Position numbers and translations under genes: made by a program. The notes beneath the pieces are model-generated. The model had not been told where the DNA came from, searched no databases, and saw only the letters and a list, made by a program, of their open reading frames with translations. From contig OZ296656.1 of the NCBI GenBank assembly GCA_965655095.1, forward strand, positions 46,624,001 through 46,688,000: a DNA stretch of 64,000 nt. Direction: 5' to 3'. The stretch comes from Haplodiscus bocki (lineage: Eukaryota). Positions 27,001-38,949 of this stretch are shown piece by piece (within the stretch, counting starts at the first letter, position 1; each line of letters starts with the position of its first letter).

Positions 27001-28947
27001 CCTCGGTTCAAGGACTGAGTTTGTTTCATGTGTGTATCAGTTTTCAGTCTGATGTTTTTTCTTAATACGGTGTCACTGAAACGTTTGCAATTGGAATCCA
27101 AAAGTGATTTGACAACGACTGGGTTTTTTGGTGTTTTTTGTCGGAATATGCTTTGTTTCGTCAACTTCAAATCTGCATGGACAAAAATCTGCATGAATTG
27201 CTCAATTGTGGTTCTTTTTTGACGACATCAAGTTTTTTTGATAGTTTGACCTGTATTCTGGTCGGTTCTTTAAACATGCTTGGACTTTTCAGTACCGATT
27301 GATAAGCTTTAGCATTGCTATGCAACTGTACTTTTTATCTTTTTTTTTCGTTTTCATTCTAGCTCTCGTCGAAGTTGTGATGAAATATCTCTTTGATTAC
27401 TTCTGAAAACCAATTAGTCCGTTTTCAATGTTTGCGTTATGTGTCTTTGGAGATTATACCTCGTATACTGTAAATATTGTGTTTCGAATGATATTAATGG
27501 AACCTGTTAATGCACCTGTAGGTTGGTGGCCCTGCGCGTGCCTGAATTGTGTTTCTGGCCTGCGAAGACTAGAAACAACTTCAAAATTTTGAAATGCATT
27601 CATGTCTTTGACCTGGTGCTGAATTATTTTTCCAACATAACTGAATAAATTTGGCTACAGCTTCTCTTTTACTCCATTGTATTCTTCTCTAGTTGCCTCG
27701 GTTAATGGACTGAGATTGTTTCATGTGTGTTTCAGGTTTCAGTTTGAAGTTTTCTCGTCATACGGTGTCACGGAAACGTTTGGAATTGGAATCCAAATGT
27801 GATTTGACCACGACTGCGTTTTCTTGGAGTTTTTTGTTGGAATATGCTTCGTTTTGTCATCTTCAAATCTGCATGGACTGAAATATGCCAGAATTGCTCA
27901 ATTGTGATTCTTTTCTGACGACATCAAGTTTTTTGATAGTTTGACGGGTTTTCTGGTCGGTTCTTTAAACACGCTTGGACTTTTCAACCCAAAGGATTTT
28001 GTAATATCGATTGATAAGCTTTAGCATTGAAATGCAACTTTAGTTTTTATATTTTTTTTCGTTTTCCATTCTAGTTCTCCTCGAAGTTGTGGTGAAGTAT
28101 CTTTTTGATTACTTCTGAAAACCACTTAGTCCGTTTTCAAAGTTTGCGTAATCTGTTTTTCGAGACTCCACTTTGTATACTGTTTTAATTCTGTTTTGAA
28201 TAATGTTAATGGAGCCTATTATTGCACTTGCTCATTGGTGGCCTCCCGCGTGCCTGAAATGTTTTTCTGGCCTGCGGAGACTAGAAAAAACATGAAATGT
28301 TTGAGATGGATGCTGTTTTTGACCTGGTGCTGAAGTATTGTTCAGATATAAATGGACGGAACTGGCTACAGCTTTTCTTTTACTTCATTGTATTGAGAGA
28401 TAAAGTTGCCTCGATTATTTAAATAAGTTTTTTATCTATGTTCCAGGTTTTATATTGAAATTTTCTCGTATTGCAGTGTCACGGAAACGTTTGCAATTGG
28501 ATTCCAAAACTGATTTGACCACGACTGGATTTTTTTTCGGAATTTTTTGTTCGAATATGCCTCAATTCGTCGACTTCATATCTGCACAGGCTAGAAAATG
28601 CATGAATTGCTCTATTTTTATTGTTTTTTGACGACATTTATTTTTTTGGATAGTTCGAGGGGTATTCTGATCTCTTCTTTAAATATGATTGTACTTTTTA
28701 GCTATAGGATTTTGTAATATCGGTTGATAAGCTTTAGCATTGCAATGCAACTTTACTTTGTATCTTTTTGCGTCTTCCAGTCTAGCTCTCCTGGACTTTG
28801 TGATGAAATTTTTCTTTGAGTGCTTCTGAAGACCAATCAGTCCATTTCAAAGTTTTGGGTTGACTGGCTGTTGAGATTGTACTTCGTATACTGTAATAAT
28901 TGTGTTTTAAATGATGATAATGGAGCCTGTTGATGCACCTGCTCGTT
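1..28947. repeat. Tandem satellite array, ~714-bp monomer, ~41 copies in window, open at left edge
   Basis: The landmark ATCGATTGATAAGCTTTAGC (AAGCTT or variant) recurs at about 281, 993, 1709, 2423, 3135, 3853, 4565, 5284, 5997, 6717 ... 27304, 28016, 28729 (41 occurrences counted by eye). Spacing is 711-720 bp except one 592-bp and one 700-bp unit. Lengths vary by non-multiples of 3 at homopolymer runs, so it is non-coding. The last monomer breaks off at GCACCTGCTCGTT (28947). Confidence 0.98.
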
Positions 28948-29065
28948 ACATATCTGGATGAATTTTGCGAATTCTGTGAGATCCATATGTTCTGAGTTCA
29001 GCTAAGGCCATGGTCATTTTCACGAAGGAAGTAAGCCTGACGTCAGAAGATGCCTCAACAACGTA

Positions 29066-29769
29066 CACTGTAAAACTGGTGCGTGCAAATTTACCTGCAA
29101 ACGCAGGTAACTTTACTTGCAGTTCGCAGGTAAAAAGGCCCCACACGCAGTTTACCTGCGTTACATGCAGTTTGCCTGTAAATATAGGTAATTATACCTG
29201 CTTCTACGCAGCAAGAACCTCACGCAGAATACACGCGATAGCACTTAATAAAGCACGCAAGTTGCAGGCAACTTCATCTGCATGATGCAGGCTAACTTAC
29301 CTGCAATTTGCAGGTGAATTTACCCGCGGTGTGATAGCAGATTACCTGCAATTGCAGGTAATTCTGTGTGAAATTGCAGGTTTTTTTGCCTGCGGTTGTG
29401 CGGGTATTTTTTCCTGCGTGTGCAGTTTTTTTTGCCTGCGTTTGGCCTGTATTTTTACCTGCGATTCTAGTGTTTTTGACAGTAAGTTGCATGTATTTTT
29501 GCCTGCGGGCAAATTTGCATGAGTTCTTTCTGCATGTAAAATTACCTGTGAAATTCCCGTGGTATTCAGGTAAATTTATATGCGACTGCAGGCAATTCGC
29601 GTGTATTCTGCGCGAGCTGCTTGCCGCCTCGACGCAAGTAAATTTACCTGTTTTTACATGTAAACTGCATGTAACGCAGATAAACTGCGTGTGGGGCCTT
29701 TTTACCTGTGAACTGCAGGTAAAGTTACCTGCGTTTGAAGGCAATTTTGCACGCGCCAGTTTTACAGTG
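29066..29769. mobile_element. Non-autonomous foldback DNA transposon (MITE), probably CACTA/EnSpm (CMC) type
   Basis: Begins CACTGTAAAACTGG and ends CCAGTTTTACAGTG, flanked by TA on both sides (29064-65, 29770-71). Imperfect inverted arms are ~170 bp (e.g. AAAAAGGCCCCACACGCAGTTTA vs TAAACTGCGTGTGGGGCCTTTTT), with many internal TTACCTGC/GCAGGTAA motifs. Near-identical peptides on opposite strands in the ORF track (29010+ and 29744-) reflect the symmetry. Superfamily is inferred from the CACTG termini and 2-bp TSD. Confidence 0.88.
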
Positions 29770-29771
29770 TA

Positions 29772-29929
29772 GTCATGCTGTTTTCCATGACGACCATACC
29801 ATGATCATGCTATATTGCATGATCACCATGACATGATTTTACCATGATCACAGCATGGCGAGTATGAATCACCATGATCATACCATGTCATAGCATGATC
29901 GCCATGTTTGATTATGGCTGTCACCCGGG
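29772..29929. repeat. CATG/CATGATC-rich low-complexity repeat, possible terminus of a second non-autonomous element
   Basis: About a dozen CATG words, often as CCATGATCA, within 160 bp, ending in CACCCGGG followed by TA. No matching opposite terminus found. Confidence 0.5.
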
Positions 29930-32416
29930 TAGACTTCAAGGGAAATTTCAATTGGCAAATGCGAAAACTTCCGTCATTATGCAAAGCCTGATGAGAATTC
30001 ATTATCAAAAGAAGTCCCCATTTGTTCCCAACTCATGATAGAATCAATGCTGTTTCTCCGAAATCGCCACAAACAAAATTAGTAGTATAATTTCTTGAGT
30101 GAAACGTTACCACAAATCAACATGGAATGAGATCTTGGTTACATTATTCATAATAGAGCTCAAGCAAAAAAAATCTCACTGGATTCATTCACAGTCTATC
30201 GAGAAACAAAAGCCAAGAAAATGGACAAAGCCCAGAGTTATTCCTGAAACCTTTCTTCTTCATACCCTCGTGTTCAACAAAAGCGAACAAAATAAGATGC
30301 AGAGATGTTATACGATGTTTACCCTCTTTACCGAAATAATCAGTGGTCGGATATATTACAACTTTTAACAAACTTGATTAAAATAAGAGGAAATGGTATG
30401 AAATTTACGAAGATAATTTTGAAGAGCCACTACATTGAAGCAGTATCCGAAGATATTGCATTATCTGAAATTTTCAATGCTGCTTCCGTTCAGTCACTAA
30501 AATGTTGCTTGTGTCGTTGGAGGGTATGGGATTGATGCCATCTATGATTAAATTGGATGTTTTAAAAAATCTCTTTTCCTACCTGTATCATCCACCTAAA
30601 TATCATGTATATCACATATTCCCATAAAATTGAAGAGTCAATATTCAAAACTTTGCCGCCTTAACGGTTACGATGCTCAAAGTAAGTCAAGAAATAATAG
30701 CACAGTGGATGGCTCAAAACAAATTCAGATGACTGAATGAAGAAATAGGACTGGTTAATTTTTGGAAATTGAAAGGATCACAAAGTTTTTTTTTATCAAA
30801 ATTGAAGCAGCAGCAATTTTGATTTTTAGTGAGGAATTTTGATGAATGATAGTTTCTTTTTGGAGTATCATCGGAGTTGATCCGGTATATCAATTCTCAT
30901 ACCAAAGCAGTTGTTGAATATGATTTCTTCTGAGGACATATGTAAATGTAGGCTTGTTGTTATTTTGAGACCGCAAAGGAAAGTTCCATGACTTATCTCT
31001 TTGAAAGATACCTGTAGGCGTACTAAGGAACTGTTGGACATTAGTTTTTGATGGACCTTTTCAATCATTATGTCTTTGAATTTTTTATATATACAATCAA
31101 GTCTTCATGACACCAACAGCTTAGTCTGATGACAATAATCTTCCGCGTAGAAAAGTTCATTGACTGAGAATCTTAACGTTTGCTTAAATTTGCTGCATGA
31201 AATTGAGTTGATAAAAGCGACAATTGTCCCTCTTTGCGATATTGCATAAGGCTACAATCAAACCATCAAATGACAATAAACATCTCACCTAAAACGATCT
31301 ATTACGGAACGAAAACAGTTCCAGTGGGTGTGTTCAAGATAAGCAAGGTGTTATGTCATCAGAATGGCAGAAGGTTGATAAAGCAAACACTCAACTCAGC
31401 TATTTCGGAGGGATCATTAGGTGCATCGAAACGAAATCATAACAGATAAAATACAAATTCTACGTACAAATGGAACATACAGAAAAATAGGGATTAGCTC
31501 TTTAAAAAAAAGCGCTGAGGTGACACCTCATTTGAAAAATATGACCAATATGTGATACTTGTTTGAGTGGCATTTCAGCTTGAAAACAATGGGAACATTT
31601 CCCGATACTTATTTGTTCTAGTGTTTCCCGAATTTTTATGTATATGGCAAATCTTTTTTTTAGTTTAGATGGAAATAGTGCTTCACATGCTGTAAAGCTG
31701 ACTTCATGTATGTCACTGGGGATGTCGACACAATCATCCTCATGCAATTCAAATCATAGTAGAATCTTTGGAGCCGCATGTGACATCATTCGTTTTTTTT
31801 GGTAAGCAACATCATAGTGGCGTCAATTCCATCCCGCATCGACTACCGAAAGTATAAATTAGTTGATAATTTTTTCTTGCGGCCTATTGAAACAGTCCCA
31901 AAGCCGTTTTTTCTAGCCTCACCTTTATCTTCAATGATTTTAACCATCTCGAAGCGTCTTCTGAATCTTGCATTTTTAGTAAAAAGTTACTCCGTCAGTC
32001 TTTATTCCACTGAATAAAGACTGAAACTTTGGAAAACCAAATTTTAATTACGTTGACAAAATCTGACATTTTTTCAAGCCCCGTCCTCCGATTCTGAATA
32101 CTCCGCAGATCATTGAATGATTCTGGAAAACTAGATGATTATTTCTTAGTATTAACCACAATGGGCTTTGGAGAATCTTGCCTTCCTGTATACTCCTAGT
32201 TAATTTGTGTAACACGAATAACCATCGAAAGTCAAGTAATAATAAGAACACAAATCAAGTAGAAAATTAACTTGACTGCCGCCAATTATTATAGAGCATG
32301 CATTACCATTAAACGATCAGCCTCTAAATAACCGCCACTAACTTTTGCTGTGCAAACTGTGCATGTAAAATATAGTTGTTTGTTTGACGGAAGTGATAAA
32401 TCCTCTGAGGGCCGGG

Positions 32417-33924
32417 TGTCGCATGAAGGAAATACAGACTATATATTTACATTATGCACTTAGGCTATGTCCTACATCTATTTAGTAGCCCCTAAAACAT
32501 ACGAACAAATGCAGCATTGTGTACACTCGATATAAAAGCCATTATGTAATACTACTTCCTCTCTCAACGCTATGAACGCTATTATGTTATATATACAAAT
32601 GTAGAAAAGGACATTAATCACGCCTCAGTTGATGCTATGTATGCTATGCACCATAATCTTTGAATTAAACAATCATTCGGAAGTGTGCCGCAATATGCAT
32701 CACTTCAGTGCAACTTGTTGAAAAAATATTGAAATTTATTGATTAGAGTGAACCGACACACATCTCACTCCAAAATTCACTTCGTACCAGCTTTCATTAA
32801 AATCACCGTTTGAACCGAGCCATTATACACATCATTCAAAGTGCATTTAAAATTAAACGTCATTAAATTTCATCAAGGAGAGTGAACAGTACCACACCTC
32901 ACTCTCGAATGTCCAAACATTCACCGCAGGAGTAGTACAGTGCTGAGAGTGAGCTCTAGCAGACCTCATTCTAGTGCTATATAATCAAACAAGCGCGGGA
33001 ATAGCTCTAAAGTATGCTATCCAGATTGCCTATAATCTTTCGAGTGTTTGCTCAGCCAGTGCTAGGAAAACACGATCAATTACGGTGAGCCATACATAAG
33101 CTCACTTCACTCATCTAAAGAAATTACTATCGATGCAAATTAGTGCTTTCTGTAATGAAAAAACTTTTGATGCAATTAGAGAGACTGCCACTACCTTACC
33201 CGTGCCGTCAAAACCACATGGTTTTTTTTTTAAAAAAAGTGCTATATTAGAAATGAGTTAATTAGAAAGTTAATCGGTGTTAGCTGATAATGTGAAGTTT
33301 AGGTGTGACTGTGAGCTCCAATGAGAAGCACCCAAATAGTCACGTTACTTAATTGCATCCACAAATAGGCCACAACCCCTCTGCGCTACTAACCTCAACA
33401 GAACTTCGACTGAGCACTGAACACGACACGGCCAGTGTTACCGTGCAACGCACTTGAAACTTTTGCAGTTTCGCGAATTCATTCTTTCCTCATTTTTGCC
33501 CAACAATAACGTCATTCTGACTTGAGTGTTTGTACATTTCTAATTTTGCCTGCTTCAAAACCGCCTGATCTTAAGCACGCATAAACTCCAAATAAAATTT
33601 ACTATTTCCTCATTAACAAGCCTTTTCTCTAGTTAATGAGCAACGAAACCGAAGCCGGCCCTCAGACACTTGGTAGTTCCTGAGACACGTTTGATATAAG
33701 ACTAAGGCAAGAATCAGAAATAGACTCTAAAGAGACCGAGCCATCCGCCAGGGAATTCACGCTTAGATCGGTTGCCGAGCGGATCAAACAAGCGATTGAC
33801 CCAATCCTTAGACGAGTAGAGGAAAAGTGTACTCTGTTAGCGCGTCGGATTGAGTTGAAATCCACTGGAAACAGTGAAGTGTTCGGTTCGAGACGTGGCA
33901 ATGGGTTTACTAGCCGGCACGACA
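32417..33924 (+). mobile_element. Probable solo LTR (~1.5 kb)
   Basis: Starts TGTCG and ends CGACA (5-bp terminal inverted repeat, TG...CA). Flanks are CCGGG and CCAGG (5-bp TSD with one mismatch). Contains TATATAA near 32978, AATAAA at 33591 and a gag-leader-like frame from ATG 33636 to the right end. No second copy in the window to confirm boundaries. Confidence 0.45.
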
Positions 33925-34299
33925 CCAGGGCTTAGAAAGGAAAGACTGATTGATAGAAAACTTTGGTTGGGATCTGACAAGTTGATAGTTGAATCGGTAA
34001 GTTTTGTTTCTCTACAATTGTAAGTGTACTCTTGATGTAACTTTAGAAAAGACTTGCTCTAAAAAAGAATTTGTCGTTTTTAATCTTCACTCTTGTGGGT
34101 TGTTGTAGGTCATTTCCATCACCTTGTCTTGTTTGGTTGAGCTTTTTCAATTTTAGCATATCTATGTCAAAAGTAGTTGGAAGGAAGTTGATGAGGATCA
34201 GATTTTCTTGAAGGTCCATTTAGAGCAATACGTCAAGCAGTTTTAGTGTATTCAGTCAATCATTGTAGACTGTATTGCTACCTTGGATCTATTGATAGG

Positions 34300-36400
34300 C
34301 TCCTTTCTGAAACATTTTTGATGGATTTAGTGGCCGAATTGGCGAGCTGGGCGCAATCCTATGATAATACGGCGAGCCATAGGAAGGGCCCTGTATGATG
34401 AGCTCTTATAGTCACATATTTTAGCCTATCTTTACGAAACTACCAGTAATTCCACTATCTTAGGAACGAGACTCACGACTTTGTTGAAAAGTTGCAGATA
34501 TACAAACGTTACCGATGTAAGATTTTCTTCCTGCTGACATTTTCCGAAATGTCTTTTTCGTTTCCTGGATATATTGTTTTTTGTGGCACTTTTGAAACTC
34601 GCATTGGTAGAGGTGATCACATGATAGCACATAAAAAGAACTTTTTCACCACAGCCATAAACTGGTTGCTTGATCAGTCAGATAACTCAACCTTAATGGC
34701 CAACGGCGTTTCACTGGAGACCTCTACGCCCTAGAAGGCATTCATTTTGGGCGAAACTGATGTTTTGAAACCTTCGAGAAAATCTGTTTTTACATGTTGG
34801 CCTTTTTGACCACTAATGAAGAGCGTTAAGAAGATGGTTCATATAGTAAAAAATTTTAGGCGACGACGACCATGGTGGTGCCAGTCTTCAACTTTTGCGC
34901 ACGTTGCGGGCAGAGTCCTTTTTTGCCAATCGAGAAGAGCCGATAAGACTGTAATTGAATTCAATACGTGAACTTATTTTGCTGCACTTGTAAGTAATCA
35001 GCAACAACATGATCCACATTTAGTGCACTGAGAACCTTCTGGTCGAGAGAGACACATCAGAAAGCCAGAATCATGCCCATGAGCAACGAGGTGGTCCACT
35101 GGAAAGCACTTTTTTTACCTTTTGCAACGACAAAGCATTCTGTTAAACGCTGAAACTTCTGTCATCAGCGGGGTCAACGGAAGGGGTTTTTCCGGTATAG
35201 CAATGGTTACTGCCATGAAATTGTCACTCCTGGTGCCCGACAATATGAAACACGGTAGGTCTTTGGACAAAACACCCAACAGGGTTCAACAAGGAGTTAA
35301 GGATTTTGTAAAAGTTAGGAAGCCTTACAACGGCATTGATGGAAGTCCACTAAAAATCTCAAACACGACGAATTACGATATTTTGAGCAACAGTTGACTT
35401 CTTACGAAATTCAAATGCCTTACGCGGCCTTGGCTGGAAACAGGTAGGCCAAGTAACTTGCTGCACAGACATCATCAGAAAAAACTGTGTTTGAGAAAAT
35501 AATTGGAAAAAATAACTCGAACCCTTGGTTTTTCAAAACCTATTGTCTTGGCTGGGTACGACAACACCCTTCTTTACCGTTCCTCAAGCTCTAACGAACT
35601 GAATGCACTCAGCATCGACCGAATTGCCATGAAACCCACATTGATTGCAGTTGAACTGGCCTTGACTCTAATGAATGGCATCTAATCCTTTCAACTTTCG
35701 AACAGTGGTCGTCAATTTACCTCTGCAAGAGGGTTGCTCAACCAACTATCTTACTGCCACTTCGGAATTCAATGCTGGCTACTTGATGGGTTGCAATGCC
35801 TGCCTTTTAGTTCCCTCGATAGATGTCCTGGGTTCAGATACCGCAGGTGTCAGCAAAACCCTCCGAGGGAATTATTATCCTGATGTCCGTTTCCATTGAC
35901 CTGGATATTGTATCTCACAACAATCAGTTATGCTGAAGAAAATCTTTTTGCACGCGTCAGTCACTTTTTTAATGCTGCTTTTTGAGACCAGGTGCTGAAG
36001 TTATTCTCCAGGTCGAATGTAAGAGTGCTTTTACAGATTCGATCAGTTGAAACAGTTCACCTCTGTCGCCCATGAAAAAGCCATCTGAGTTGCTTTCTTC
36101 GCTGGTTTCTGATGTAAACTCCATCAAGTTGCTAGGTAGAAATTTTCATGGTGATCCATCAACAAGCATTGGTGTTAATTGGCGTGGCAAAGCCAACACA
36201 GAATTTTTGCAGACCGTCACAGCAAGCTAAAAAACGCGCGCCTGGCTTCGACTGGAACCTAACGAATTGTTAACTCCATGCGGAAGAGCACCTCATACAT
36301 AGAGCAAAAGAATCTGTCTGTGACAGAAATGTTGAAATAGTTGAAGGATATCGAATGCTTGGATTAGCTATTGCGTGCGATACGACTTGGTACTGTTTCA
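34300..36400 (-). pseudogene. Highly degenerate Ty3/gypsy-like pol remnant (RT/RNase H region)
   Basis: Manual minus-strand translation gives eroded matches in the expected order: IRP..STW..KK (~36020-35960), HQV (~35790), VLSYPAKTIGF at the YxDD position (~35560), QQVTW (~35460), KKSAFQWT (~35110) and EFNYSL (~34960). Many stops and frameshifts; boundaries approximate. Confidence 0.4.
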
Positions 36401-36679
36401 AAACAGCAGCAAGAAACGAACTCTCAGAATTGTCAAAACCACTCTGAGCACACTACGGAGTCAACTCAGAATCTGTACCAAACCTACACCAAAGGTGGAC
36501 ATTAGAAATTAACTTGTCTCAGGTTAACCATTCTCAGCGTCGATACAAGCTAACAAAGCAAGAAAACTTGCAATTCAGAGGAATTCATACGAGCCACTTT
36601 TGTGTGCAGTAGCCACAAGATTGTCCACCGAACAAAGTTTTTGCTTCTACTGCAAAATGATCGATATACTACAGTATTA

Positions 36680-37108
36680 TGTCAAGATCGACCTATAGGA
36701 TATCTTAAAAAATATTATTAGAAAATCAATGAGTTGATCAAGTAAAATAAACTTGATTTACGACCGGTAATAAAACAAATTATGTGACTAGCCATAAAAC
36801 AGGGCTGTCGAGTTTGAGAGCTTTCGCAAAGAAATCTACGGGCTTCGACAGCGGGTAAAGATATTCAAATCAGATGCTTGTCGTGTTTCGACCATTTAGT
36901 TACACAAACAAAAAATCTCAGATAAAGGCGAGCTCCGCAAAAGATGTTGAAAGCGGAGGGGTATAGAGGAATTGAGGTGTCGGCCATGGTGCTTTAGTGC
37001 CTCAAACTTCTAACTCATAAATTCATTAACTTCCCGATTGACTCTCAAATGGAATATTTCGCATTCGCATCCGATACTTTCATTTCATCAGTCTTAGGAA
37101 ACTCTTTA
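36680..37108 (+). repeat. 5' LTR of gypsy element
   Basis: Aligns by eye to 44110-44530: GGGCTGTCGAGTT is shared (36801/44224), as are AATCAG, CTTCTAACTCA (37007/44428), GCATCC and TTTCA(T/A)CAGT, in collinear order. Boundaries approximate. Confidence 0.7.
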
Positions 37109-38949
37109 GTGGTGACAAGGGTCATCATAGTAACTGTTCATCAAAAGTGTTTTTAATTAAAAAAGTAACAACTTCTCCACCATCACAGCTTAGAGGCGTC
37201 AAATAGTCTCTGACGCAAAAGAATGACCAAGTCCAGATATAGAGAAAACAATCATCCTCACGACTTTGAGGCGCCAAATCATCTCAGACCCAAAAGAACG
37301 ACCAATTTCTGATACATTAACAAAATATTTTTCATCATCCCAAAGAAAGTAATTGCGTCAGAAAAAGCCTTCCAGTTAAATTGAAGCAGCGTCTTTGTAG
37401 CTTTTAAAAGTTGGTCACACGGAACGTCCTAAAACGATCAGAAACACTGGTCTCCAAATATTTTGATCTACAGTTCAATCTGAAAGGTATCAAAACCACT
37501 TGTTTCGACTTTGTCAAATTTAATCGATCCATTGCCGTTCTGACATAGTTCTGACATTTTTTTAACTGATATAAAACTAAGAATTTCAGTGAAGCCCTCA
37601 AGTGAAAAACAGGCGGAGAAAAACTTTGTCGAACGTTTTGCCAGCTACACGGAACTTAATCTGAACCACAAACAAGATTACAACAAAACGCATGTAGCCA
37701 TACAGTATTTGAAAAATCTTTTACGATCAGTGGGTTTCATTAGCTCCTGAGTACGAAAAAGTTTCGGCCATGCGAGTTTGCATCCGTTGAAGTTATTTTC
37801 AAAGCACAAAACAAATCGCAGAAGACATAAAAGACGAAAAGCACTTTGTGGAAAAGAAGAAAGCATTTGAGACATCATTGTGAAGAAAAGTTGAAAACAA
37901 ACAAAACTCAAAAACTTGTGGCAAAGTGAGTAGAGCTATGGTTACGGGTACCTCCAACATGTTTTCACAGGAATCGTTAGCTGGCTCTAAAGACATTGGG
38001 AGCTAAATGACTCACTTTGAGCTCATGGTGCAACTGCAACAGTGGAGAAGAGTCTTAGACAGAAACGAGTTTGAAACAGATGCAAGGCCGCACTATTTCG
38101 CAATTCGTCTCCAAAAACAAGCGATGCGTTTCTAAGTAAGTTACCGGATGCTTAAAAAGCTACTTGGGAAGAACTTGTTTAAGGTTTCAGAACGCTGTTT
38201 AACGAGAGAACAGTGATGTTCTTGGGTAGGCTGGCGAGGACATTGCATTAACCGGGTGAGAAAAGTATAAATTTTCGGGAAGATTTGCAAAGTTGGGCCA
38301 CAAAATTCTACCCGGGAGAGTCGAATATATGATTCGTGATCATTTGGTAGTGCGTGAATTACTGGATGAAATTCGCAAAAGTAACAAGGGAAAAAAATTT
38401 GAAAAAACCGGGAGGACGCAAAACTGACTTTTTTAACGTGCTTTTCCGGAAACACTACATCTTGATACTGTTCCGAAAGCTGAAGAAGCGGAAAAAAATC
38501 ATAATGGAAGTTTTTCAATCCAACGATAACAGAGGGTTAATCAAGTCTGTGATTCATCTTGTTGAATCTTTGACTCTCTCGCTGCATTCGAAAAGTGACT
38601 GCCCTGAAGCGTTTTGGGAAGGAATCAGTTACAGGTGAAGCAGCTCAAGAGAAAGTAGCCGTGGCAGAGAATATAGGGAACGCAGCGGAAAAACGAAAGG
38701 ACCTGACAGTTTTCGGGACCTCAGATGTGGAACTCCAAACCGAAAAGGTCCCCGAGAACACATGAACGGTGCCAGTCCCCTCAGAAGGTTCGTCGAATTG
38801 AGAGAGAAGTGGGATTTACAAGTGCTAGCTGCGGTAACTGCGGTAAACGTGGTAACTGGGCCAGTGAGTGTAATTAGTACTTCGAACAAGGAAATTCACT
38901 GCAGTTCACAAAAGGCCGTCCCTCCTTAAAATAGTGATGGCTGATAGAG

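Noticed and set aside
658-27222. Dozens of similar 60-137-aa ORFs (e.g. ...GHQRAGALTGSINII...VYEVESQKTDNA...) suggesting a tandem gene family or diversified peptide cassette system
   Set aside because: They are translations of the satellite. Starts and stops vary between copies, indels are not multiples of 3, both strands give ORFs and no domain is recognisable.
1-28947. Array as CRISPR, 5S rDNA, snRNA/SL-RNA or histone gene cluster
   Set aside because: No unique spacers, and no recognisable 5S, U-snRNA, tRNA, histone or hammerhead motifs in the monomer by eye. An Rfam/Infernal scan would be the definitive test.
28946-29772. ORFs of 63-150 aa over the MITE
   Set aside because: Products of a palindromic, motif-repetitive element; no transposase motifs.
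29932-32400. Possible minus-strand exon or pseudogene remnants (e.g. 30868-31068, 31502-31747)
   Set aside because: No recognisable family motif or consistent splice chain; left unannotated.
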